A stretch of 64,000 bases of DNA from an uncultured Gammaproteobacteria bacterium (GCA_964531275.1 CAZHDZ010000001.1:144945-208944), one strand, 5' to 3'; positions 10,431 through 21,415 are shown, counted from the first letter of the stretch. The notes: generated by a model not told the origin, from the letters alone. Numbers and translations: made by a program.

Positions 10431-11662
10431 AAACCCAGCGCTTTTCGCTATCAAGCGTTATTTTGGCAGCACTCATTGTCCCCGTGATAATGACGTATCA
10501 AATTTTTCCAGGAGATACTAATTATATTCAATTTGGCCTTATTTTTGCCGGAATATTTTTGAACTTCCTAATCGACATAGTACCCTTTCAAGAAAAAAGA
10601 TACTATTTCATAAAGTATGTTTTATTCTGGACAATCCTTTTCCTTGCAGTAGGTGGGGCATTTATATCGGCAGTTATGGTGCGTCACAAGGTTGCACCTC
10701 TTTTTCAAATTCACGACATCATATTGCAACTTGAAGCTGCAATCCGTTTCTTTTTAGACGGAATTAACCCTTGGGCTGCAACGTATCACAACACTTTTAT
10801 GGCTCAATGGCACTATAGTGATACGGCTATTAATCCCGCACTCTATCATTTTGTAATGATGCCGTTTTATCTCCTTTTTTCACTACCTTTTTATTTTGTT
10901 TCTAACCACACAATTGGCTATTTTGATGGCCGTATTCCTCTATTTTTCCTATACCTGTCTCTTTGTATAAGTGCCTTTTACTTCATAAAGGACAAAGAGC
11001 AAAAGCTTATTGCGACAACTCTTCTTGCGCTAAATCCTGCAATGTTTGCATACACCTTAGAGGGTAGAAGCGATGTTTTTATGTTCGCATTTTTCTTCGT
11101 TGCCATGATTATGCTTTCAAGAAAGAATTTTCTACTGGCAGGTTTGCTTCTTGCACTTGCATTTACAGTGAAGCAGTCCATATGGCCATTTATTCCACTC
11201 TATATAGCCTATGTATATTTTGTTTCAGCAAGCCTACGATCTACAATAACAAGACTAAGTCCATTCTTTGTTTTATTCGCTATTCTGGTAGCCCCTTTTT
11301 TCCTATGGAATCCTAGCGCTTTTCTGAACAGTACGGTTTTTTACCTTTCAGGCAATACGCAACACAGCTACCCAATTTCCGGCTATGGATTAGGGATGGT
11401 TCTGTATCAACTTGGATTTATTAAAGATCTTAATGGGACGTATCCCTTTATCATATGGCAGGTACTATTTGTGGCTCCTCTCTTAGTCGTTCTCCTTCGC
11501 TTTTTAAAAAAACACCCACAAGTTAAAACACTCATATTTACTTATGGCATATTAGTTTTTGTTTATTGGTATACCTCACGTTACTTTAATAATAGTCATG
11601 TTGGTTATTTAACTATGGTATTTCTTACAGCGTATTTATGGCCAGATCGTCATGAAAAATAG
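10427..11662 (+). CDS. Polytopic membrane protein, probable GT-C-type glycosyltransferase (family uncertain, GT87/DUF2029-like size and topology)
   Basis: 411 aa with about 11 hydrophobic segments. It is ATGA-coupled to the upstream Dpm1-like GT2. Confidence 0.5.
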   Translation: MKTQRFSLSSVILAALIVPVIMTYQIFPGDTNYIQFGLIFAGIFLNFLIDIVPFQEKRYYFIKYVLFWTILFLAVGGAFISAVMVRHKVAPLFQIHDIILQLEAAIRFFLDGINPWAATYHNTFMAQWHYSDTAINPALYHFVMMPFYLLFSLPFYFVSNHTIGYFDGRIPLFFLYLSLCISAFYFIKDKEQKLIATTLLALNPAMFAYTLEGRSDVFMFAFFFVAMIMLSRKNFLLAGLLLALAFTVKQSIWPFIPLYIAYVYFVSASLRSTITRLSPFFVLFAILVAPFFLWNPSAFLNSTVFYLSGNTQHSYPISGYGLGMVLYQLGFIKDLNGTYPFIIWQVLFVAPLLVVLLRFLKKHPQVKTLIFTYGILVFVYWYTSRYFNNSHVGYLTMVFLTAYLWPDRHEK

Positions 11663-11664
11663 CC

Positions 11665-13644
11665 ATGCACAATTTACTCTCTTTTGAATTTATTTTCTTT
11701 TTTATTTATTCCTTCATTGCAATTTTTCTTGCTGTTTTTATACCTGGAGCCGTTACTCTTCGTATTTCTAAATTCAATCTACCTCCCATTGCGTCATTTG
11801 TCTCTTCAATTGTCGTTGGGACAGCTTTATGGGTGCTCATAGGATTTGTTCTTGGCTTTTTGAATATCCGTTTTTTAACGTACCCCTACATACTAGTTGC
11901 AGTACTGTACTGGTTAACTACAAATGGCAAACTGAAAAAACCAAAATTGCACCTAACAGCGCCCAAATATCTCATTATCGGCTTGATCATCGTCGGATCA
12001 CTAATGCAAATGTCTTTTGGGATATTTATGGGCGCAACCGATCCGAAAGGACTTTCCTTTTGTTGCATCGATGCTAGTGATAATTTATATTTTCTTTCTT
12101 TAAGCCGAGAACTTATTCACAATATCCCTCCAACTGAACCAGGATTGGCAGGCGTAGTAGTTAACAACTATCACTATTTGTCCAATGTATTTATCGCTGA
12201 TTTAAGTAGAATTTTTTTCATTCCAGTAAATATTTTGCAATACCAAGTCTCAGCGGTTTATCTTCCTATTCTTTTAGGGCTTGGTGTTCTAGCTTTTTCT
12301 TTAAGTATTACTAAAAAATTGCGTTATGCATTTTGGTTACTCTTTTTTATCTACTTTGGAGGGGACTTTATTTGGTTGCTTATGATAATTCTCCAAAAAG
12401 GAACTAACTTTTTCAGCATGAGCTCCCTTGAAGACGGTGCAAAATTCCTAAGTAATCCTCCTCGCTCTTTTGCAACTATACAATTATTTGGAGCACTTAC
12501 ATTATTCATGTATTGGCTTGTCAAAGATAGAAATATTAAAAAAGCGGTTGTTATTGGCATAGTATTTGGAACTCTTGTAGGGTTCAAGGTATATATCGGG
12601 ATATTTGCAATGATGGGTCTTGGAGCTCTCTCTATTTGGTGGATATTCAAGAAGGAATATTGGAGATTAATTCTTCCCTTTGTGTCTGTTATTGTTGTTA
12701 TGACAGTCTATTTACCGGTGAATGTTGGCGCAGGGGGGCTATATTTTACCTCGTTTTGGTTTTTTGAAAACTTTATTGTACAGCCATACCTTCAACTTGA
12801 AAGGTTAGAATTAGCTCGAAGAATATTTTTGGATGACAACAAGCAAGTTAAAGCCCTTGCTTTCGAATTGCTATATGTTGCTATTGTAGTATTCGCGTTA
12901 TTTGGAACTAAGTTGATAGGTTTTATCCAGTCAAGAAAAAGTATTAAATTATTACCCCTAGAGTTGCATATCCTACTTATTGCTGGAATTATTCCAAGTA
13001 TCATAGTCGGATTTTTCTTCCAACAAACCTCTGGAGGTTCTAACACCTTTAACTTTTTAGTAAATGTATTTGTTTTTGGGAGTATTTACACCGCAGCAAC
13101 TGCATTCTGGCTAACTTCTTATAGAAAAAGCTTCACAATATTTGTTGTAATTTTTATTGTGGGGCTTACTATTCCTAGGGTGGTTTTTGAAACAAAGCAA
13201 AATATTAAAAGACTTGCTACACACCAAGTAATGACATTTAGTCACAATCAACTGAATGCTTTTCAATTTCTTAAAAAACAAGAAAAGGGACTTGTAGTTG
13301 TAGATCATACTTATTTTGGGCTTGATAGGACAAGTCCACTTATCGCTTATTTTACAGAACAGCCAATGTTTTTATCTGGTATTCAAATCCTTGAGAGTCA
13401 TAATATTAAGGTAGGCAAGCGCTTAAGAGTTTATGAAACAATTCTTAATGGTTCAGATATAGCTTCAGCAAAAGCTTTAAAAAGTAATAATATTACGTAT
13501 CTTATTCTTGGCATAACAACCCAGCTTTCTGCAACCCACTCAGCTCAGTTCCTAGATACTATTTATAAAAATAGGGAAGTGAGAGTGCTTAAGGCCAACA
13601 GGCAAAAAATTGATATTATATTAAGTGATAGATCAATGAGATGA
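11665..13644 (+). CDS. Polytopic membrane protein with a soluble C-terminal domain, GT-C-like (family uncertain)
   Basis: 659 aa. The N-terminal roughly 480 aa are highly hydrophobic. It lies in the coupled gene chain. Confidence 0.5.
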   Translation: MHNLLSFEFIFFFIYSFIAIFLAVFIPGAVTLRISKFNLPPIASFVSSIVVGTALWVLIGFVLGFLNIRFLTYPYILVAVLYWLTTNGKLKKPKLHLTAPKYLIIGLIIVGSLMQMSFGIFMGATDPKGLSFCCIDASDNLYFLSLSRELIHNIPPTEPGLAGVVVNNYHYLSNVFIADLSRIFFIPVNILQYQVSAVYLPILLGLGVLAFSLSITKKLRYAFWLLFFIYFGGDFIWLLMIILQKGTNFFSMSSLEDGAKFLSNPPRSFATIQLFGALTLFMYWLVKDRNIKKAVVIGIVFGTLVGFKVYIGIFAMMGLGALSIWWIFKKEYWRLILPFVSVIVVMTVYLPVNVGAGGLYFTSFWFFENFIVQPYLQLERLELARRIFLDDNKQVKALAFELLYVAIVVFALFGTKLIGFIQSRKSIKLLPLELHILLIAGIIPSIIVGFFFQQTSGGSNTFNFLVNVFVFGSIYTAATAFWLTSYRKSFTIFVVIFIVGLTIPRVVFETKQNIKRLATHQVMTFSHNQLNAFQFLKKQEKGLVVVDHTYFGLDRTSPLIAYFTEQPMFLSGIQILESHNIKVGKRLRVYETILNGSDIASAKALKSNNITYLILGITTQLSATHSAQFLDTIYKNREVRVLKANRQKIDIILSDRSMR

Positions 13645-15263
13645 AAAAATACATACGACACAAAACATTAATTCTTTTTGGAATTGTTCTTATAGCCGCT
13701 TTTTTCAGGTTGTTCAGTCTCTCTACTAACCCACCATCACTTACCTGGGATGAGGTTTCCTGGGGCTACAACGCATATTCGTTGGGGATTGATGGCCGTG
13801 ATGAATTTGGAAAATTCTTGCCCATAACATATCTTGAATCCTTTGGAGACTTTAAGCCTCCACTATACGCATATCTTGACATTCTGCCAGTCAAAATCCT
13901 GGGCATGAGCGAATTGGCAGTAAGATTGCCATCAGCTTTTGCTGGTATTTTGACTGTAGCCCTTACATACTTGCTTGTCGTTCAAATATTTGGCCGAGAA
14001 AAAGAGAAAGAAGCATTCGTAGCAGCTTTTATAGTTGCTATCTCGCCATGGCACATAATGCTTTCCCGAGCGGCTTTTGAAGCAAATGTTTCAACCGCTT
14101 TGATTGTATTGGGACTATACTTATTCTTAAAAAGCAAGAATGACAAGATCATACTGTTGCCCTTTTCAGTAGTTTCGTTCGTTGCTTCTTTGTACACATT
14201 TAATTCGGCTAGGGTGATAGTCCCAATTATAGTTATTGTTCTTGCAATTGTATTCTATAGATTTTTATTGAAAAATTTAGTAATTGCATGTGTTTCCGCA
14301 TTGCTTGGTTTCTTACTTTTTCTCCCTCTTTTTATATTCCTTCAGTCTCCTCAGGCAAAATTGCGTTTTGATGAAGTGAATATTTTTTCAGATATTAACG
14401 TTATTAATAGAACAAATCAAGAGATTGCAAATGACGATAACTCAGCATTTTCAAAGGTGATTCACAATAGAAGATTTGCTTATGGAGTAGAATACTTAGG
14501 CCATTATTTTGACAATCTCACTCCAAAATTTCTTTTCTTTAGCGGGGATGGAAATCCTAAATTTTCAATTCAGGACGTGGGGCAGGTTTATTTATGGGAA
14601 GCTCCTTTTCTGCTCCTTGGAGTCTTGTTATTATTTAGACAAAGGCGAAAGTACTGGTGGATAGTTCCCTTCATGATTGTAGTGGCAATTGTTCCCGCAG
14701 GATTTGCTCGCGAAACACCACACGCGTTAAGGACGGAAAGTGTAGTCCCTTTTTTACAAATAGTAACAGCAATCGGTGTTTGTGCCTTTATAGATTGGTT
14801 TAGAGGAAAAATACAAATCTTTTCAAAAGTATGCCTAACTCTTGTTATATTTATTTCCCTAATGTACTTTGCTCACAATCTTTTCTTCCATTACCCAAAA
14901 GAATATTCGGGTGAATGGCAATATGGATATAAAGAGTCTTTGGAGTATGTGAAAGGTCAACAAAATAATTACCAAAAGGTATATATAACAGAAGCTTTGG
15001 GTAGGCCGTATGTTTATGCACTTTTTTACTTAAAATATAGTCCACAAAAATTTCGCCAAGAAGCAAATATTTACAGAGAGGCATTAGGTTTTGTCCATGT
15101 AAGAAGTTTTTCGAATATTTATTTTGAAGAAGAGATTGAGAAGGTAAATACACAGAATTCTCTTTATCTTGCACAACCAGACAGTGTCCCTGTAAGTGGT
15201 AAAATTCTTAAAGAATTCAAATTATTAAATGGCAAGACTATACTTGTTGCCTACTCTTTATGA
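13641..15263 (+). CDS. Lipid-carrier-dependent protein/glycan glycosyltransferase, PMT/ArnT superfamily (GT39/GT83)
   Basis: The first loop is LTWDEVSWGYNAYSLGIDGRDEFGKFLPI...GDFKPPLYAYL, carrying the DE and KPPL signatures of PMT/ArnT. It has many TM helices and is a paralog of 15260 and 19747. Confidence 0.75.
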   Translation: MKKYIRHKTLILFGIVLIAAFFRLFSLSTNPPSLTWDEVSWGYNAYSLGIDGRDEFGKFLPITYLESFGDFKPPLYAYLDILPVKILGMSELAVRLPSAFAGILTVALTYLLVVQIFGREKEKEAFVAAFIVAISPWHIMLSRAAFEANVSTALIVLGLYLFLKSKNDKIILLPFSVVSFVASLYTFNSARVIVPIIVIVLAIVFYRFLLKNLVIACVSALLGFLLFLPLFIFLQSPQAKLRFDEVNIFSDINVINRTNQEIANDDNSAFSKVIHNRRFAYGVEYLGHYFDNLTPKFLFFSGDGNPKFSIQDVGQVYLWEAPFLLLGVLLLFRQRRKYWWIVPFMIVVAIVPAGFARETPHALRTESVVPFLQIVTAIGVCAFIDWFRGKIQIFSKVCLTLVIFISLMYFAHNLFFHYPKEYSGEWQYGYKESLEYVKGQQNNYQKVYITEALGRPYVYALFYLKYSPQKFRQEANIYREALGFVHVRSFSNIYFEEEIEKVNTQNSLYLAQPDSVPVSGKILKEFKLLNGKTILVAYSL

Positions 15264-16945
15264 TTATAAAATTTTTACAAAAACCTTTATTTATACTTTT
15301 TATAATTCTTGCCCTAGCAAGTTTTTTGCGACTATATGACCTGGGGCGCACTCCTGCAAGTCTTAACTGGGATGAAGTTGCTCTTGGGTATAACGCGAAG
15401 TCAATTCTTGAGACCGGAAAAGATGAATATGGAGAATTATTACCAGTAGTATTGAGATCCTATGATGACTACAAACCTGCACTCTATTCATACTTTGACA
15501 TACCATTTGTAGGAGTTCTTGGCTTAACGGAGGTTGCAGTAAGACTGCCTTCAGCAATTGCCGGAATAATAGCGGTTTTTCTCGTATATTTTGTAGTCAA
15601 GCAGCTTTTAGGTGAGAAGAGAATAGTCATTGGTACTATTGAGATAAATTCCTACTGGGTTGCGCTTTTAGCTTCATTCCTGCTTGCTATTTCACCGTGG
15701 CACATTCAGTTTAGTCGAATTGCATTCGAGTCAAATGTAGGTCTTACGCTAAATATAGCTGCCTTTTACCTCTTCTTAAAAGGCTTAAAGAAAGGTATAT
15801 ATCTTCCCTTCTCTTTTGCTCTTGCGGCTTTAAATTTACATATGTATCAAAGCGATAGAGTTTTTTCTCCATTGTTAATAATCGTACTGTCGATCATTTT
15901 TTATAAAACAATATTTAAGAAAAAGAAGATGTTAGTTGTCTCTCTTCTTGCAGCATTTGTAATAGCTCTACCGCTTATTTTCTACATACTAACAAACAGT
16001 AATGCTTTGATGAGGGCAAAGGGAGTAAGTGTTTTTTCAGAACAGTCAGTTGTAAAAAGATCCTCAGAAAAACTCTTGAGAGATTCCCAATCAAATAATG
16101 TCCTTGGGAAAGTCTTTGACAACAGACGCGTTGAATACATCAAAGCAGTCTCATACGGATATTTATCGCATTTTGATCTCAATTGGTTATTTATAACTGG
16201 AGATATAGCACGTCACCACGCCCCATTTATGGGGCTTTTGTATATTTTTGAATTTCCTTTGCTTCTTATTGGTGTATATACGTTAATTTTCTTAAAAATT
16301 GAAAAAAAATATAAGGCAGCCTTTTTTGCTTATTTTTTGTTAGTTCCTATTCCAGCGTCAATAACTAGTGGTGTGCCTCATGCAGTGAGGACATTAAATT
16401 ATGTATGGACTTATGAGTTAATGATCGCATTAGGTATTGTTGCATGTATAGTATTTATTCTCACTCAAAAACAAAAAATAATTCGGCATTCCCTAGTCGC
16501 TCTATCCTTTTTGTTTTGCGTTCTGGCGGTGTTAAATGTTCTTTATTATTTAAATCAATACTTTGTTCAGTTGGATTATTATTATGCTAGGGATTGGCTT
16601 TATGGATATAAGCAGGCAATTGCCTATACAGAAGAAAATGCAGGCAAGTATGACAAGATCATTGTCGAAAATGAAACCCCTTTCGACCAATCATATATGT
16701 TCTTTCTTTTTTACTTAAATATGGATCCTGGTGAATATCAAAAGCTCGGAGGAACCGCAAGCGGCGGATGGAAAGAAAAGCATAAAGGTTTTGGTAAATA
16801 TACCTTTGAACCCATCAAAGACGCAAAATATGACGGGAAAGTTTTGTATATAGGGGAGCCTTCTGATATGCCAAATGGCTCAAAGATTAAAAAGAATATA
16901 TTGCTTCCTGATGGTTCAGTTGGGGTTACTATATCTGAATCATGA
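15260..16945 (+). CDS. PMT/ArnT superfamily GT-C glycosyltransferase
   Basis: The first loop is LNWDEVALGYNAKSILETGKDEYGELLPVVLRSYDDYKPALYSYF. It is a tandem paralog of 13641. Confidence 0.75.
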   Translation: MIIKFLQKPLFILFIILALASFLRLYDLGRTPASLNWDEVALGYNAKSILETGKDEYGELLPVVLRSYDDYKPALYSYFDIPFVGVLGLTEVAVRLPSAIAGIIAVFLVYFVVKQLLGEKRIVIGTIEINSYWVALLASFLLAISPWHIQFSRIAFESNVGLTLNIAAFYLFLKGLKKGIYLPFSFALAALNLHMYQSDRVFSPLLIIVLSIIFYKTIFKKKKMLVVSLLAAFVIALPLIFYILTNSNALMRAKGVSVFSEQSVVKRSSEKLLRDSQSNNVLGKVFDNRRVEYIKAVSYGYLSHFDLNWLFITGDIARHHAPFMGLLYIFEFPLLLIGVYTLIFLKIEKKYKAAFFAYFLLVPIPASITSGVPHAVRTLNYVWTYELMIALGIVACIVFILTQKQKIIRHSLVALSFLFCVLAVLNVLYYLNQYFVQLDYYYARDWLYGYKQAIAYTEENAGKYDKIIVENETPFDQSYMFFLFYLNMDPGEYQKLGGTASGGWKEKHKGFGKYTFEPIKDAKYDGKVLYIGEPSDMPNGSKIKKNILLPDGSVGVTISES

Positions 16946-18471
16946 ATAAAAAACTGACAAAGCTTATTATTCCCATTGCTCTAGGTCTCTTAATACTTCT
17001 TGGGATTTTTTCAAGGAGCGTAGAAGTTATTAATGGAAATTATATCTTCGGTTTTGATCACGGAAGGGATTATCTCCTGGCACGGGAAATAGCACACGAT
17101 CATAACCTTCGTCTGATTGGAACTCCTTTGGGGGCAGGTAGCGCGGGTATACAGGGTATTTTTCATGGACCGGGATACTATTACATTCTTGCGATATTCT
17201 ATATTCTGTTTGGCGCAGATCCATACGGTGGTGTTGTGGCGATGTTATTATTCGGCGTCGCGGCAATAATTGCTAGCTACTTATTAGGGAAAAGGCTATT
17301 TGGAAGTCTAGGTGGGTTATTGGTTGCAACTTTCATTGCTTTGTCTCCGCCGCTCATTTCTCAGTCTAGGTCTATTTGGAATTCACACCCAACGACTGTT
17401 TTTATTGTTCTTACCTTTTTATTCATATACGCGTCTCTAAAGGACAATAAGCATAGAGCCTTGTATGCATTTCTTGCAGCCTTCTTTGCTGGATTTACTT
17501 ATAATTTTGAGTTTGCTGTGGGAATACCTCTGACAATTGCTCTTCTTTTGTATTCAATTTTCATGTACAAAACCAAACTTATAAAATATTTGCCTATAGT
17601 AGGGGGGAGCATCATTGCCTATGCACCTATGGTTATTTTTGAAATAAAACATAAGTTCATGGCAATAAGTGGATTGTTGTCTTATTTAGGGAATCCACAA
17701 AAGAGCAAAAGTGAGCTTTCATTCGTTGAAAATAACATCGATCACGCACACTCATTCCTTTTTAATTTTGTAGACTCTTTTCCTAGGCAATCTACATTTC
17801 CTGGTCCAATAATTCTAGCTGTTTTTATTCTCGGATTTATTTTAGTGATACGAAGAGAAAAGAATAAGGATCTGAAAAGCTTTTTTATCTTTTTGGCGAG
17901 CTTGCCGTTGGTTTCTTTTGCAATATTTTCTCTATTGAGAAATGCTGTCTACCATTATTATTTGGTTCATCTTAACGTAGCCTATATACTTCTTGCTGTT
18001 TTTATCATTTTTGGATGTTTTCGAAATTTTAAAAATAAGTTTGTACAGATTGCTATTGTTGTTATTCTAGTCTTTTTTGGGCTTAATGCAGTTGGAACAT
18101 ATACAAAAATGATTTCATACGATTTGTATGATTACGGTGGAGACGCAAAAATACAAGGAAAACTCGACGCAATTAATTACGTATACAATGATGCAGAATC
18201 TAATGATTTTGGGGTTTTAGTATTCTCACCACCGGTTTATATATATCCATACGAATATTTATTCTTGTGGAAAGGTAAAAGTCAGTATGGTTATATGCCA
18301 CCGTTTGAAAAAAAGAAGATAACATATCTCATTATTGAGGTTGACCCGGCAAAGCCCTGGTCATATAAAGGATGGCTTGAAACTGTTATAAAGGATGGGA
18401 AGGTGTTACAGACTACTACGAGAAAAAGCGGTTTAATCATCCAAAAAAGATATTATGAAGAAAAAAACTAA
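16942..18471 (+). CDS. ArnT-like GT-C membrane glycosyltransferase
   Basis: The N-terminal loop reads FGFDHGRDYLLAREIAHD...PGYYYILAIFYILFG. It is polytopic and 509 aa. Confidence 0.6.
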   Translation: MNKKLTKLIIPIALGLLILLGIFSRSVEVINGNYIFGFDHGRDYLLAREIAHDHNLRLIGTPLGAGSAGIQGIFHGPGYYYILAIFYILFGADPYGGVVAMLLFGVAAIIASYLLGKRLFGSLGGLLVATFIALSPPLISQSRSIWNSHPTTVFIVLTFLFIYASLKDNKHRALYAFLAAFFAGFTYNFEFAVGIPLTIALLLYSIFMYKTKLIKYLPIVGGSIIAYAPMVIFEIKHKFMAISGLLSYLGNPQKSKSELSFVENNIDHAHSFLFNFVDSFPRQSTFPGPIILAVFILGFILVIRREKNKDLKSFFIFLASLPLVSFAIFSLLRNAVYHYYLVHLNVAYILLAVFIIFGCFRNFKNKFVQIAIVVILVFFGLNAVGTYTKMISYDLYDYGGDAKIQGKLDAINYVYNDAESNDFGVLVFSPPVYIYPYEYLFLWKGKSQYGYMPPFEKKKITYLIIEVDPAKPWSYKGWLETVIKDGKVLQTTTRKSGLIIQKRYYEEKN

Positions 18472-19732
18472 TAATATGATTAATAGATTATTCTCAAGTA
18501 GGATTTACCTCATCTTTTTTGCGTTACTTCTTACGGTACTGATAGTAACACGTTTTATAATGCCTGAATCAAAGAGTGGATTTGGATACGATCAGGTTGA
18601 TAACGCTTGGGCTGCAAAAGATATATTAATTGACGGAAAATTACCTCTTACTGGAATGCAGGCTAAAGGTAATACCGGATTCTATATTGGACCTCTTTAT
18701 TACTATTTCCTAGTTCCTTTTTACTTTCTAACTGGAATGGACCCGATTGCTTCGGCAATCGCAGCCCTAGTTGTTGCGATTTTTTCATTTTTTGTTGCTT
18801 ACTTTGTAACCAAAAGTATATTTGGCGAGAAAGCAGCTGTAATTGCAGCTTTTATTACAACATTTTCTTCCTACGTTTTGATTTTAGATCGTGTCCAGTG
18901 GCCGGTTAATTTTATTGTTCCGATATCATTTATTGTCTTTTTATGTGTTTATAAGATTTGCAATGGTAGTGTGAAGTATTTAATTCCGCTTTCAGTAGCG
19001 CTTGGATTTTCTCTTCATATTCATTTCACGTCTGTTTTCTATTTTATAATAATGATTCTTGCTATTCCTTTTTTTCCGCGAAAAAAAGAGCTAATAAAAC
19101 CATTAGTTATATCAATTGGAGTATTCATTCTTTTTGTCTCCCCAATTATTCTTAATTATGCTATTACGCGGCAGGCCACTACTGCATCTTCTTATTTAGG
19201 AAGTACTTTTCATGGTTTTCATATGCGGAGAGTGTTGCAGCTTCTGAAAGATGCTGTTATAGAATTTAATTCGATATTAACAATTCCTTATTCTCATTTT
19301 GCATCTTTTCTAATAGTTCCTCTATCTTTTTACCTTCTTCTTAAGGAAAAGTTATCACGAGAGAACATTATCTTGGTTTATTTATTTATACTTTGGTTAA
19401 TCATTCCATGGTTCGCTTTTTCTACATACTCCGGCGAGTTGACAAACTATTATTTTGCTCTCACAAGACCAGTCGCGATTTTAATAATTTCATATCTTTT
19501 TATGAGGCTGATTAATACTAGGAAAAACTACATATATGTTATTCTTGGAGTTGTGGCTATAGCATACATATATATAAATTTAGGTATCTTTAATGATCAA
19601 AGGCCGCAAAGTTTGTCAATGTATAGAAAGATTGTTAGTGACAAAATCTCAAGAGGGGAGAAAATTGAATTTGTTCAAGGAGACCCTCAATCTTACTTAT
19701 ATTATTTCTATACTACGATACAGAAGCAATAA
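18455..19732 (+). CDS. ArnT-like GT-C membrane glycosyltransferase
   Basis: The N-terminal loop reads GFGYDQVDNAWAAKDILIDGKLPLTG...GFYIGPLYYYFLVPFYF. It is polytopic. An alternative start is at 18476, just after the upstream stop. Confidence 0.55.
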   Translation: MKKKTNNMINRLFSSRIYLIFFALLLTVLIVTRFIMPESKSGFGYDQVDNAWAAKDILIDGKLPLTGMQAKGNTGFYIGPLYYYFLVPFYFLTGMDPIASAIAALVVAIFSFFVAYFVTKSIFGEKAAVIAAFITTFSSYVLILDRVQWPVNFIVPISFIVFLCVYKICNGSVKYLIPLSVALGFSLHIHFTSVFYFIIMILAIPFFPRKKELIKPLVISIGVFILFVSPIILNYAITRQATTASSYLGSTFHGFHMRRVLQLLKDAVIEFNSILTIPYSHFASFLIVPLSFYLLLKEKLSRENIILVYLFILWLIIPWFAFSTYSGELTNYYFALTRPVAILIISYLFMRLINTRKNYIYVILGVVAIAYIYINLGIFNDQRPQSLSMYRKIVSDKISRGEKIEFVQGDPQSYLYYFYTTIQKQ

Positions 19733-19746
19733 ATGTATATCTAAAG

Positions 19747-21387
19747 ATGTATAAAAAAACTGTCATATTTTTTTTGTTCCTTATTATTGCACTTGGGTTT
19801 TTCTTTAGAGTGTATAAGATCAATGAAATACCACCTCATCCATCTTTAGATGAGGCAACAATAGGTTATAACGCTTATTCAATACTAATTACTGGTAAAG
19901 ATGAATTCAAAACTCCCTTTCCCATATTGCTAAGAGCATATGACGATTACAGACCTGCCTTATACGTATATTTAGTTATTCCGTTTGTAAAAATATTAGG
20001 TCTTACAGTTGAGGCCGTTCGGTTGCCATCAGTGATTTTGTCGACAATTTCACTCCTTTCTTTCTATATTGTCGCTCGTAGAATTTTTAAGAAATTGGGT
20101 GTGGTGCGACCTGAGGCACTCTCGCTTCTACCAGTCTTTCTTATGAGCATTTCACCTTGGCACATCTATATTTCTCGACTGGGCCATGAGGTAAATGCCT
20201 TTCAAGCATTCTTTATTATTGGCCTAGGATTCTTTTTGAATTCTATTAAGAAAGAAACCGTTAACTTGAAGCATTTAATTTTTGCAGCAATTTTTCTTGG
20301 ATTGTCATTTGATGCCTATCAAAGTGGGAAAGTGTTTATTCCATTATTCCTTCTGCTTTTATTTATTTGGTACTTCAATTTGATTAAGAAGAATTGGAAA
20401 AAATTTGCATTAGCATCTGCAATAGGATTCGTGGTTATTCTGCCAATTCTCGTAGTTTCGTTTCAGCCTGAAGCTCTAATTCGTTTTAAGGCCACCAGCG
20501 TCTTTAATGTTCCTTTCGAGGTTGGTTACGAAAATGCCCAAAAACTGGTGGAATTTAGGAAAAATAATGACTACCTCAATATAGTTCTTTTTAATAGGAA
20601 TGTAGTACCCATAACTAATTTTATAAAATCTTTTCTCTCGCATTTTTCTTATGATTTCTTATACCGAAGCGTGGAAAATGCACAATTTAGAATTCCTGGC
20701 TTTGGACTTTTATATTTATTAGAGTTACCATTGCTTATTGGAGGTATTTTACTATTTGTCGTAAAGAGAAAATGGAAATGGATGTTGTTTCTTTTTCTTT
20801 GGTACGTAATTGGAATCCTTCCAAGCGCTTTGACTACGGACGCCCCCCAGCCTATGAGGGCGTTTGCCGCAATTGGCGCGGTTATGCTTCTTGCAGGTGC
20901 TAGTCTGGGACTTGTTAAGCGCTATACAAAAAAGAACAAGGTCTTTATGGTGGGATTGGCCTCTTTTTTCTGCTTGATTGCAACAATTAGTATTTCTCAG
21001 TTCTATATTTCTTATTTCAATGTTTTCCCTAAAAAATATTCAAACCAATTCCAATACGGAGTCATACAGTCGTTTGAATATCTAGATAGCCTTAATAAGC
21101 GACCCGCAAAAATTTACGTATCAAATACAAGAAATCTTGCTGCGAGTTATATGTTCTATCTTTTCTATAAAAAATATGACCCTATCAAGTATCAGAAAGA
21201 AGGGGGCTCGGTTTCGGGTTGGTTCAACTATGATCATAAGATTGATAACCTTTATTTTACAAATCCAGCCAACACACAAGAAGGTGCCCTATTGGTTGTA
21301 TCTTCAGGCGAATACACGTCAGGTAGAGTGTTGGCCGAAATCAAGGATTTAGACGGTAATACAGCTATACAAATTGTCGAGAAGTAG
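19747..21387 (+). CDS. PMT/ArnT superfamily GT-C glycosyltransferase
   Basis: The first loop is PSLDEATIGYNAYSILITGKDEFKTPFPILLRAYDDYRPALYVYL. It is the third copy of the family found at 13641 and 15260. Confidence 0.75.
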   Translation: MYKKTVIFFLFLIIALGFFFRVYKINEIPPHPSLDEATIGYNAYSILITGKDEFKTPFPILLRAYDDYRPALYVYLVIPFVKILGLTVEAVRLPSVILSTISLLSFYIVARRIFKKLGVVRPEALSLLPVFLMSISPWHIYISRLGHEVNAFQAFFIIGLGFFLNSIKKETVNLKHLIFAAIFLGLSFDAYQSGKVFIPLFLLLLFIWYFNLIKKNWKKFALASAIGFVVILPILVVSFQPEALIRFKATSVFNVPFEVGYENAQKLVEFRKNNDYLNIVLFNRNVVPITNFIKSFLSHFSYDFLYRSVENAQFRIPGFGLLYLLELPLLIGGILLFVVKRKWKWMLFLFLWYVIGILPSALTTDAPQPMRAFAAIGAVMLLAGASLGLVKRYTKKNKVFMVGLASFFCLIATISISQFYISYFNVFPKKYSNQFQYGVIQSFEYLDSLNKRPAKIYVSNTRNLAASYMFYLFYKKYDPIKYQKEGGSVSGWFNYDHKIDNLYFTNPANTQEGALLVVSSGEYTSGRVLAEIKDLDGNTAIQIVEK

Positions 21388-21415
21388 AAATTATTCTTGG
21401 TTATAATGTATATAT

